In this document: positions 40,118 to 52,192 of the stretch, piece after piece
Numbering within the stretch: position 1 is the first letter of the stretch
How the letters are laid out: each line of letters begins with the position of its first letter
Source: Octopus vulgaris
Lineage: Eukaryota
Reading direction: 5' to 3'
Assembly: GCA_951406725.2 (NCBI GenBank)
Contig: OX597834.1
Span: forward strand, 31,496,001 to 31,560,000
DNA length: 64,000 nucleotides
Translations under genes and position numbers: made by a program
The notes under the pieces: generated by a model
Databases searched by the model: none
Seen by the model: the letters and a program-made list of their open reading frames with translations, nothing else
What the model was told of the DNA's origin: nothing

Positions 40118-40425
40118 GCTTGTGCTATGTGGTAAGAAGCTTCCTTCCCAACCACATGGTTCTGGGTTCAGTCTCACTGCATGGCACCTTGGGCAAGTGT
40201 ATTCTATTATTGTGCCTTTGTGTTTGTACTTGTCCCCTTGTTATTGCTTGTCAACCGATGTTGGTGTGTTTACGCCTCTGTAACCTAGCAGTTCAGCAAA
40301 AGAGATCAATAGAAGTACTAGGCTTACAAAGAATAAGTCCTGGGATTGATTTCTTCGACTAAAAGAAAACCTTTAAGGTGGTGCTCCAGCATGGTTGTAG
40401 TCAAGTGATTGAAACAAGCAAAAGA
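40118..40425 (+). mobile_element. SINE family A copy, head-to-head with a minus 5' half at ~39987-40100
   Basis: A and B boxes, GGCACCTTGGGCAAGTGT, and tail GGTGCTCCAGCATGG. Confidence 0.8.
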
Positions 40426-40464
40426 ATATATATATATTCTTTTATCCATTCAAAATGTGACCAT

Positions 40465-40660
40465 ATGTGTACCGTTGGCGATTTTTTCCCCTCTGTCTTC
40501 CCTTCTCTGGATCTTTCTTTTTCCTATGTTTCTGACGAAGAGCTCCACTCGAAACGTTAAACCCTCCTTCTTCCCTTCCTTCCTGAGCGTCCAATAATAC
40601 TATATTTGTTCCACGTCCTCGCGTTGTGTTTTCTCTTTGTGTTTTCATGTTTGGATTAAC
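40465..40660 (+). mobile_element. ~190-bp hammerhead-bearing short element
   Basis: 40528-40562: gttt-CTGACGA-a-GAG-ctcca-CTC-GAAAC-GTT-aaac. Near-identical sister copy at 43628-43790. Confidence 0.75.
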
Positions 40661-40661
40661 T

Positions 40662-40696
<35 letters not shown>

Positions 40697-40936
40697 TATA
40701 TATATACACACATATATATATATCATCATCATCATTGCTGACATTGGTGGGGCGGTTTGACAAGAGCCAACCAGGCAGAAGCCTGCACCAGACTTCTGTA
40801 ACTGTTTTGGCAGAATTTTTACAGCTGGATGCCTTTCAAACACCAACCACTTTACATTGTGGACTGAGTGTTTTTAAGTGACATCTGCACTGACAGGGTC
40901 ACCAAGTACTTGCACGACAACATATATATATATATA

Positions 40937-41347
40937 TCATCATCATCATCATCATCGTTTAACGTCCATTTTCCATGCTAGCATGGGTTGGACGGTTCAA
41001 CTGGGGTCTGGGAAGCCAGTAGGCTGCACCAGGCCCAGTCTGATCTGGCAATGTTTCTACGGTTGGATGCCCTTCCTAACGCCAACCACGCCGTGAGTGT
41101 AGTGGGTGCTTTTTACGTGCCACCTGCACAGGTGCCAGACGAGGCTGGCAAACGGCCACGATCGGATGGTGCTTTTTACGTGCCACCGGCACGGGGGCCA
41201 GATGAAGCTGGCAATGGCCACAATTGGATGGTGCATTTTACGTGCCACCGGCACAGAGGCCAGTCGGGGCGCGCTGGCAACGGCCACATTCGGATGGTTC
41301 TCTGACGTGCCACCGGCACTGGTATCACAGCTACAATTTCCATTGAT
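40937..41347 (-). mobile_element. Family B retroposon with 3 full and 1 partial internal 62-66-bp repeat units
   Basis: Units start at 41105, 41168, 41230 and 41296. Confidence 0.88.
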
Positions 41348-41580
41348 GTATATATATATATATATATACAGAGAAAGCTTCTTAACTCCAACAGCCAAGT
41401 TGCAATCTTATACATACTTGGCATGGCTGTGTGGTAAGAAGCTTGCTTCCTAACCACATGGTTCTGGGTTCAGTCCCACTGCATGACACCTTGGGCAAGT
41501 GCCTTTTACTATAATCTCAGGCCAACCAAAGCCTTGTGAGTCGATTTGGTATAGATGGAAACTGAAAGAAGCCTGTCGTA

Positions 41581-41990
41581 TACTCTTTTTTACTCTTTTA
41601 CTTGTTTCAGTCATTTGACTGCGGCCATGCTGGAGCACCACCTTTAGTCAAGCAAATCGACCCCGGGACTTATTCTTTTGTAAGCCCAGTACTTATTCTA
41701 TCGGTCTCTTTTACCGAACCGCTAAGTGACAGGGACGTAAACACACCAGCATCGGTTGTCAAGCAATGCTAGGGGGACAAACACAGACACACAAACACAC
41801 ATATATATATATATATATATACATATATACGACAGGCTTCTTTCAGTTTCCGTCTACCAAATCCACTCACAAGGCATTGGTCGACCCGGAGCTATAGCAG
41901 AAGACACTTGCCCAAGATGCCACGCAGTAGGACTGAACCCGGAACCATGTGGTTGGTTAGCAAGCTACTTACCACACAGCCACTCCTGCG
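41581..41990 (-). mobile_element. Full-length young SINE family A, inserted antiparallel into an older plus copy (41418-42270)
   Basis: The host 5' half ends GAAGCCTGTCGTA at 41580, and the host 3' half resumes after 41990. Confidence 0.9.
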
Positions 41991-43084
41991 TATGTGTATA
42001 AATATATCTGTGTGTGTGTGTATGTGTCTGTATTTGTCCTTACCATTGCTTGACAACTAGTGCTGGTGTGTTTACCCTCCCATGACTTAGCAGTTCAACA
42101 AAGGGCGACAAACAGAATAAATACTAGACTTTAAAATGAAATAAGCACTGCAGTCAATTCATTCGAATGAAATTCTTCAAAGCGATGCCCCAGCATGGCC
42201 GCAGTCAAATGACTGAAACAAAAGCAGACAAAAGACAAAAGATTGATGATAAAAGATAAAAGATAAAAGATATACCTGTAAACAACATATATTGTTCTTT
42301 GTATCTCTTGTAATTCTGCTGTAAATTGATGCAGAGTAAAAAAAAACCCCATTTTTTTGTAAAAACTCCAACTTTACAGTCTTTTTTTTTTATATAACTT
42401 TAATATCATTATTTAAATTTTTTATCATATTTTATTATTGTTATTCAAAGATTTAAGTGTTTTCCTCCCCGCCTCTCTCTCTCTCTCTCTCTTGCTTTTT
42501 ATTTTATTGTTACAACTATTTTATATATTTATTTATTTATTTAAATTTATTTTTGCATGCTTGAATGAATGATGTTAAATAGTGATGTTTTGTTTTTGGT
42601 TTTTTTGGTTGTTTTTATTTTTTTTGCTGAGTTTCAATCATTTGACTCTGGCCGTATTGGGATATGGCCTTTTAGTGTGTAGTTGATGACATCTAGAGGC
42701 CACCACCACAAACACCACCATCGCCAACCTCACCACCATCACAGCCACCACCACAACCACTATCACCAACAATACCACAACCACCATCACCATTATCAAC
42801 AACACCATCGCCAGCCTCACTACCATCACAACCACCACCACCTCCACCGTTATCATCACCACCACCATTACCTTTATGGTAGCTCCAGTATTTATTTTTA
42901 ATGATTTCAAATAAATGACTGGTGAAATGGACGTGGGTGAGATGTGATCTCTGAATGTGAAGGGAACTTATCAAATACTGTTCTGAATAATTCTGCAATC
43001 CACACTTCTTTATCACACGCATACATGTCTGCACACACACACACACACACACGTGTATGTGTGTGTATAGGTATATCTGTCTAC

Positions 43085-43141
<57 letters not shown>

Positions 43142-43184
43142 TATATATATACACATATACATATTTCCAAAATGTTATTACATA

Positions 43185-43345
43185 TCGATTGTTGGCGATT
43201 TTTTTCCTCCGTCTTCCTTTTCTTTTGGACTTCCCTCTGTTTCCTGTTTCTGAAGAAGAGCTTTGCTCGAAACGTAAAACACCCTTTCTTGCCTTCCCTG
43301 AGCATCCTATTAATACTTTGTATCTACCACATCCCCACGTTGTTA
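43185..43345 (+). mobile_element. Hammerhead-bearing short element with an intact minimal type I motif (43245-43281)
   Basis: TGTTT-CTGAAGA-a-GAGC-ttt-GCTC-GAAAC-GTA-AAACA. Stem I is 5 bp, stem II 4 bp, stem III is the palindrome ACGT, and the triplet is GUA. Confidence 0.8.
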
Positions 43346-43627
43346 CATATACACACACATATACAAGTTTGTGATATTAAGTAAAGTGTGAAACACTTGT
43401 GGCATGAATCCACTGGACTTGTTGAGTAAACAGATCAGTTGCTTGTTTCTGAGATTGGTCAAATGGTGTAGACACCTCTGACCCATTCAGGGTCAAAAAT
43501 GGATTAAGGCTTTTCATCATATTTTCAATCTGCAGAGAAATAGTTGGAATTGCCATGTTTATCTGTCTACTATATATATATATATATATACATATAACTA
43601 AGTAAACAACAGGTTGTACCACCTCGT

Positions 43628-43787
43628 GTGTACCGTTGGCGATTTTTTTCCTCTGTCTTCCCTTCTCGGGATCTTTCCGCTCGAAACGTTAGACCCTCCT
43701 TCTTCCCTTCTTTCCTGAGCGTCCAATAATACTATATTTGTTCCACATCCTCACGTTGTTGTGTTTTTTGTGTTTTCTTGTTTGGAT

Positions 43788-43790
<3 letters not shown>
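43628..43790 (+). mobile_element. Sister of the 40.5-kb element, with the 5' half of the hammerhead deleted
   Basis: GTGTACCGTTGGCGATTTTTT..GATCTTTCC|GCTCGAAACGTTA; the CTGACGA segment is missing. Confidence 0.8.
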
Positions 43791-43835
<45 letters not shown>

Positions 43836-43879
43836 AATATATAAATATACATATATACAGATATATATATATATATATT

Positions 43880-44243
43880 TTTTAGAATTTTTATTGGCTC
43901 AAAAAGCAAAAGCAAGGCCATGTAGGGGGCCATGGAGTTATGTACAGGGAGGATGGTCATACTAAGAGTTCAAGCCATTTCCGGTCAAAAGAGACTTTGA
44001 ACCGAGCGGTCGTCGGCATCTTCACTATCTCATCCGGCAGCATATTCCACGGATCTGCAACCCGGATGGAGAAAGCCCCTCTCCTTCGACTGAGATGAAA
44101 TCGTCATAGACAGAGCTTTTCGGAGTGACCCCACAGCCCACACTCTGGAGCAGGAGTGAAGAGCAGCTCTTTCGAGAGGTTACACTTTCCGCTTATGCTG
44201 TTGTGAGTGAGAATGAGATCACCACGGCGTTGTCGTTTTTCAA
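43880..44243 (-). pseudogene. 3' fragment of a CR1-like LINE (ORF2 C-terminus plus 3' UTR)
   Basis: EKRQRRGDLILTHNSISGKCNLSKELLF..GLWGHSEKLCL*RFHLSRRRGAFSIRVADPWNMLPDEIVKMPTTARFKVSFDRKW. This matches the RR.RGDLI / RGH..KL / FS.RV...WN.LP motifs. Confidence 0.88.
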
Positions 44244-44610
44244 TATATATATATATAATGCATATATATGTGTATGTATGTGTGTATGCATGTATATATA
44301 TATATATATAACAAATTACTTCCATGCTAGGGAGATGATGCCTGCCTCAGTTCAAGTGGTAATAATCTTATCAGCTAAACAAACCTGGAGATTGCTGAGA
44401 AAATGAATACAGCTTGAGATGAGCTGTGCCAGACACCTTCCTGGAAACATGAAACTTAAAGAATACTTTGTTTCAAATAAGATACTGTGCCTCTGATGAC
44501 ATTGCTATATAGGTAACACTTTTTGACAACATGACTATATAAGTACTGTTTGATGTTATATCCGTTTGGATTTCCGCTGATGATGTAAACATCTCTGGAT
44601 CTCTCTCTCT

Positions 44611-44838
44611 CTTTACTCTTTTACTCTTTTACTTGTTTCAGTCATTTGACGGCGGCCATGCTGGAGCACCGCCTTTAATCGAGCAACTTGACCCCGGGAC
44701 TTATTCTTTGTAAGCCCAGTACTTATTCTATCGGTCTCTTTTGCCGAACCGCTAAGTGACGGGGATATAAACACACCAGCATCAGTTGTCAAGCAATGCT
44801 AGGGGGACAAACACAGACACACAAACACACACATATAC

Positions 44839-44889
<51 letters not shown>

Positions 44890-45047
44890 TACGACGGGTT
44901 TCTTTCAGCTTCCGTCTACCAAATCCATTCACAAGGCTTTGGTCGGCCCGAGGCTAGAGTAGAAGACACTTGCCCAAGGTGCCACGCAATGGGACTGAAC
45001 CCGGAGCCATGTGGTTGGTAAACAAGCTATTTACCACACAGCCACTC
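44611..45047 (-). mobile_element. Full-length young SINE family A
   Basis: Near-identical to the 14.6 and 41.6 kb copies, with a longer internal (TA)n. Confidence 0.9.
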
Positions 45048-45851
45048 TCGTTCACATAATCCTGTTCTTCTGTGGACTATGATACTCAGTCCTTTAAACT
45101 TTCTCTCAACTGACATCTTTTGGAGTTGTAGATCTCTTCTTTTCCTTCTTTGTTGTCTCTTATGGTACTCTGACCCCAAGCTTTTCTTGGCACAAAATCA
45201 TATACAAAAAATATCAGTGACATAGTTTGGTAATGTGACTTTGTAGGCAATGCTGTCATATGATATAACCACATGGCTGTTAATGGTTATATCTGGGTTG
45301 TATCTGATCTAACTGCTTCTCCTTTCCTCTACTTTTATCCCACGTTTATAGTAATACAGCTATCATAGGCATAAGGTCATGAGGGGTACATCTAGTCAAA
45401 CTGATTCCCAGCATATGACTGGTACTTACTTGATTATCCTTAAGGTTTTTATTTCATCGAATCCCAGTAAAACATCCTTACATAAGCAGACTCTGGTTCG
45501 GTTTACGCTGGAATAGATCCGCACACATATGCAAACACAAACACATATACATGTATATGTGTGCACACACATGCAACTACACACACATGTGGTAATAGTT
45601 CATCTCACCTCACCGTTGCAAGTCACGAAGGAAGCAACACCGCTGTTAACTGATTATATTTCGGCCATTTCTCATAGTTCCTGCTCACTCAAGCATGGAA
45701 AGTCTTCAATGAGCAACAACTTGCCAGTTCAAGGAACACAACCAAAAACAAAACAGGAAAAAGAATAACCAAACACACAGAAAAAAAAAAAGAGCTTAAA
45801 AAAAATACTAACTCTACCAAACAACGCTCACAGTAGAAAGCATAAAAATAC

Positions 45852-45852
<1 letters not shown>

Positions 45853-45900
<48 letters not shown>

Positions 45901-46110
45901 TAACAGTAATAGTAATAATAATATTAATAATAATAATAATAATAATAATAATGATAACAGTAATAGTAATAATAATATTAATAATAAAAATAATAATAAT
46001 AATACTGATAATAGTAATAATAATAATAATAATGGTAACAATGATAATAATGGTTATAGTAATAATAACAATAGTAATAGTAATGGTGATGATAATAATA
46101 ATAATAATAA

Positions 46111-46163
<53 letters not shown>

Positions 46164-46301
46164 GTAATATTAATAATAATAATGATAATAATAAAAATAA
46201 TAACAGTAATGGTAATAATAAAAATAATAACAGTGATAGTGATGTTGATAATAATAGTAATAATGATGATGATGATGAATGATGATAATGATCATAATAT
46301 T

Positions 46302-46342
<41 letters not shown>

Positions 46343-46386
46343 TAATAATAATAATAATAATAATAATGATAATAATAATAGTAGTA

Positions 46387-46446
<60 letters not shown>

Positions 46447-46490
46447 GTGATGATGATGATGAGGATGATGATGATGATGATGATGATAGT
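45853..46490. repeat. Long imperfect (TAA)n/(GAT)n array
   Basis: Directly visible. Confidence 0.97.
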
Positions 46491-47335
46491 AAAAGAAAAT
46501 GAGAAAACCAGAAACAAGGAATAAAACACGCACACACACACACACACACACATGCACACACACACACAAAAAAAAGAGTTTAAAAAAGAAATATAAAGAA
46601 AAATGTGAGGGGGAAAAAAATACGAATAAGAAATAGAACCAAAATAAAAAATATATATATATAAAGATCTGCTACTGCAGTAACATCTGCATATGGTAAT
46701 GATGCTTGAATTCCATGGGGCATGCATTGCTTGCTGCAACAGCGAGCTGTGCGCTACTGCAACTTTCATCTTTACTTCGATATCATAAAACTTTTTTTTT
46801 CTTTTGACGCTCTCCTCCCGCTATCACTCCTTCTCTCACTCCTACCACTTGCTTTTGTTTGTTTGTTTGTTTGTGTCCATATATATTTTTTTTTATACTT
46901 TATTCTTTCTTTTTGTTGTTCTGTCTTTTCTTTATTAGTTTCTGTCTTTTCTTTCTTTTATTTCTAATTCTTTTTTTTTCTTTGCCGTTTTGATTTTGGT
47001 TTTGTGGTGTCTTTTTTTGTTTGTTTTTTTTTGTTTAGTAGGGTGGGGATGTCGTTATTTCTTACCTCTGTTCACACGTTCTGTCTTTGTGTATATATAC
47101 ATGTATGTGTGAGTGTATATATGTGTATAAATATATATGTATGTGTGAGTGTATATATGTGTATATATAAATATATAAATATATATGTAAAAGTAAAAAA
47201 ATATATGTTTGTGTGTGTGTGTATATATATGTATATATATAAACATATATATATATATATATATATAAAAAGACAGACACTGAGAGAGAGACAGAGAGAG
47301 GAAGAGAGATATTAAATGAGATATATATATACAAA

Positions 47336-47380
<45 letters not shown>

Positions 47381-47733
47381 TCATCATCATCATTGTCATT
47401 TACCATCCTTTTTCCTTGAGGCATGGATTGAACAATATATATGCGTATAGATATATCTATATATAAATATATATGTGTTTCTGTCTGTGTGTGTATGTGT
47501 GTGTGTATATATATGTGCGAGTGTCTGTGTATATATAAGTACATACATATGTGTGTGTGTATATATATTACATGATTTCATTCTCATAGTTCCTGCTTCC
47601 ATTCACTCCTTTTCCATTTCTCTCTATTCATCTATCTAGCCATCTATATATATATATATGTATGTATATATATATATGCATGTATGTATGTATGTATCTA
47701 CATTTATATATGTATCATTTATCTTGCTATCTG

Positions 47734-47855
<122 letters not shown>

Positions 47856-47871
47856 CATTCATGTAATAAAT

Positions 47872-47903
<32 letters not shown>

Positions 47904-48274
47904 CGTAATATATACATACATATTTATATATGAATGTCTCACTGTTTTTATTCTAGATATATATGTTCCTCCAACTCCCCAGGCATCCATCCACCCATCT
48001 TCATCCATCCAATGCACCCAGCTATCCATCATTCTTTGTTTATTCTCTCCCACTCTCTTCTTCACCTTCTCTCTCTCTATTCATCTCTCCCCCCTCTCTT
48101 TCTCTCTCTACCTCTCTACCTCTCTCTCTCTCTCTCTCTCTTTCTCTTTCGCTCCCTCTCTCCCATACTTTCTACTGGTCAAATTTCCAAAATCTTGGCA
48201 TCTTAGCAGGGCACAAAGAAAAGTAGCAAAACATGTCCAGCACTTAAAAACCTACTAACAGCGCATACGAACGT

Positions 48275-48560
<286 letters not shown>

Positions 48561-48766
48561 GTATGTATGTATATATATATACATGTAAATATATATATAT
48601 AAATATATGTACTTATACATATATGTATATATATGTGTGTGTATATATATATTTGCATACACACACACACACAAGTAAACTCCTACAAGTAGCTAATGTA
48701 TTGTCTTTCTATTGATTTCTTTTGCCAGTTTTGTCTGCTCCTAAATACACACAAACATGCACACAT

Positions 48767-48801
<35 letters not shown>

Positions 48802-49018
48802 TGTTCACTTTTACTCGTACAAAAACATATGCACACGCACACACTTGCTCATGAGGAAACACTTTCCCTCACAAACATGCTAATAAATACATACATATGC
48901 CTACCTGCATTGGAATTCGCATACAACGGTTTATGTAAAAATATGTTTTTCGTCATATACCTACCGTCTCCCCATCAATCTGTCTGTCTGTCTGTGTATC
49001 TATCTATCTGTTTGTCTG

Positions 49019-49053
<35 letters not shown>

Positions 49054-49127
49054 GTTTATCTATCTATCTATCTATCTATCTATCTGTCTATCTATCTATC
49101 TGTCTGTCTGTCTGTTTGTCTAACTAT

Positions 49128-49167
<40 letters not shown>

Positions 49168-49599
49168 TTTTTTATTTATCTCTCACTCTCTCATTATCAC
49201 TACCACATCAGAGAACACCGCTATCAATCTTTCCACCACCTTCACCACCACCACCCCACCGCTGCCACCAACACCACTACCATCACCACCACCACCACCA
49301 TCACCACCATCACCACCTACCCTCACCGCTAGGCTTGGCTAACCATCACTCTCTACTAATACAACCAACACCAACACCAACAACACCAGCAGCAACAACA
49401 ACAATTATCACCGCCACCACCACCACCACCACCACCATTAAGGTTATCCTCATCACAACTACCACCATCATCACCATCACTCCCGCCCCCACCATCATCA
49501 TCATCACTATGACTATATTTAGCCTGTGAACTTTGACTAAAAATACTTTGAGACCAACTCCTCTATCGATTAATATTTTGTTTCAAATGCAGTAAGGAC

Positions 49600-50850
49600 C
49601 TTTTGCTACTTTCCCCACTGCTTTCCATGTACAGCTACATGTGTGGTCTCTCCATGAATGCAATACTTATGTAACAACTGCTACATGTATGGTCAATACA
49701 TAAGCCTCTGTGACTACATGCATAGTCCCCCCCACTCTCTCTCTCTCCCTTATGGCTCCATGGGCATCATCTCCATATGCATTGATGTGTCTTTAGCTAC
49801 ATGTGTAGTTTCTCTGTGAACACTACAATTATGCATTTAGTGCTACATGTAAGGTCCTTTGATGTAATTATTGCTACATGTCACATTTCTCCATTTATCT
49901 ACATTTTCATGAGTGGTCTTTACATGGTCTCAGTGCTGTTGGAACCAATGATTTCTACATGCAAAACAATATTTATGTATTTACTACCACATGCATTGTC
50001 CTTCTGTCTATTCAATACTTGTGTCTATAGCTACATGTCTGGTCTCTCCAAGAACATAATACAATACTTATGTATCTACTGTTACATACATTCAATACTT
50101 ATATCACTATAGCTACATGTGTTTTCTTTCCATGAACACAATACTTATTTATCTAGTACTATATGTATGCCCACTGCTAAATGTATAGTCCTTTCATGTA
50201 TTGACACATGTTTATGTCTATTACTACATGTGTGATTTCTCTATGTACCTACATTAGATTTGTGCTCTTCCTTTGTGCTCAGCATTGATTGTACCTCTTC
50301 AACTAGATGCATGTTCCCTCCATGTACTCATTATTTAAGTGCCTACTGCTACATGTGCATCCTTCCATGTATTCAATATCTATGTTTATAGTAACACGTG
50401 TGGTTTGTTCATAAACACAGTGCTACATGTATAGGCTTTCCATGTAAAAAGTAAAAAACCCTTCAGTCACGAATGACCATGAGATTTTACCTAGAAAGTT
50501 CCCCTCCGAGGCACAAATCCAGGCAAGGTTGTTTATGCTTACCAGCCTCCCTTCTCCCTACCACCAATGTTATCCAAAGGAAAGGCAAAGGGGCCGATAC
50601 AGCTTGGCAGCAGTGACATAAGTACCAGTTATATACTGGAGTCTACAGCTGAGTGAACTATAGCAATGGACCATGTGCCTATATTAACATGTATGGTACT
50701 TCCATGTACACAACACTGTTTGTAACAGCTGCATTGGGTGATCTCTTCATGTATTTAATACCTGTGTCCATAGCTACATGTGTGCTCTCTTCATATACCT
50801 ACATTTACATGTATAATCTTCCTCTATATTCATTATTGATGTGTCTGTAG
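49600..50850. repeat. Old degenerate minisatellite, ~45-bp unit like GCTACATGTGTGGTCTCTCCATGAAYACAATACTTATGTRTCTACT
   Basis: CTACATGT and (T)CCATG..AATAC recur throughout. Interrupted by a family C SINE fragment at ~50459-50670. Confidence 0.75.
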
Positions 50851-51101
50851 CTTTCTTGAGGCATGGTAGTTAATAAAGAAAAATTTAGAATCATTAACAT
50901 GCTGGACAAGACACTTAGCAGCATTTCTTCTGGGTTGTCATGGTTGGGTTGAAATTCTGTTTAGGCTGGCTTTGCCTTTAATCTTTTCGCAGTTGATGAA
51001 ACAAATACCAGCTGAGCACTGGGATTGAGCTAATTGAAGAGCTGCCTCCTATGAAATTCCAGGCCTTGCACCTATAACAGAAAGGATTATAATATTATTA
51101 T

Positions 51102-51664
51102 TATTCTGTTGTGTCTGGGGAGAGTCATTCTCTTTTAGTGTCTTACTAGCAGTATCGCCCGGCGTTGCTCAGGTTTGTAAGGGAAATAACTATAAAGCAT
51201 CTTTAGAGAGTTATAGCCAAAAAATAGCAAAAAAATGGAAAAAAAATGATCGTAAATTTTCTTTTGAGAGTAAAAAAAGGTTGAGTTGCGTCCCTAGACA
51301 GTCTGTGGTTTGTTTTTTTATTCTCGACCCCATGTCGAATTTATCGATTTTTTTCAGAACTGGGGGAACTTTTCAAAATTTTCGCTGCGTTAGTTTTGAA
51401 TTATGACATTGGGCTATGCGTGTGTCAAGTTTCATCAGAATCGGTTGAAAGCCGTGGTCAGGGTGAGGGTACGAGAAAACAGACACACAGAAACACGCAC
51501 AGACAAACTGCCGTTTATATATAGAGAGATTATTTAACACACTCACCGGTAAAATTTCCACTTATTTTAGAAAAAAAAAAAAAGAAAGAAGTGGAAATTT
51601 TACCAGTGAGTGTTACATTATAAGGCACAAAAAGAGAATGACTCTTCCTAGACACAACAGAATA
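51102..51664. mobile_element. Foldback element with ~76-bp arms; left arm split by a Helitron
   Basis: 51102-51145 joined to 51530-51563 aligns colinearly with the reverse complement of 51589-51664. Confidence 0.85.
51146..51529 (-). mobile_element. Non-autonomous Helitron, 384 bp
   Basis: The minus strand starts A|TC at 51529 and ends CTAG|T at 51146, with a GC-rich subterminal hairpin (CCTGAGCAACGCCGGG) and no target-site duplication. Confidence 0.88.
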
Positions 51665-52134
51665 TGCTTCAACACACAAACTCATATAAAGAATCTTGCA
51701 AACCAAATCCCAAAACGAAATTATTATTATTGTTATTATTATTATGTAAAGCAGTGAGCTGGCAGGATCATTAGTACACCAAGCAAAATGCTTAGTGGCA
51801 TTTCATCCTCCAGCTTCATGTTCTAAGGTTGACTTTGCCTTTCGTCTTCTCAGGGTTGATGAAATAAGTACCAGTTATATACTGGAGTTGATGTAATCAA
51901 CTATTCCTGCTCCAAAATTTCAAGCCTTCTGCTTATAGTAGAAAGGATTATTTTTATTATTATTATTTTATGTTTGACTTTTGCTTTGTATTTGTACAAG
52001 TTGGTTCCAAGTCTCACCCAGAGACCTCAAGAGACAACAAATTAAAAGTTCATGTTGGTGTTATGCCTAGGGTGTCATGTATTTGGCTTTGCACATAGTA
52101 TTGTTCTTGAGAATGTTTAAGAAAACGTAAGAAA

Positions 52135-52192
<58 letters not shown>

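Noticed and set aside
45615-45720. Minus-strand exon between a strong pyrimidine tract and a GTGAGG donor
   Set aside because: All three frames contain stops from the first AG; it could only be non-coding or use a weak internal acceptor.
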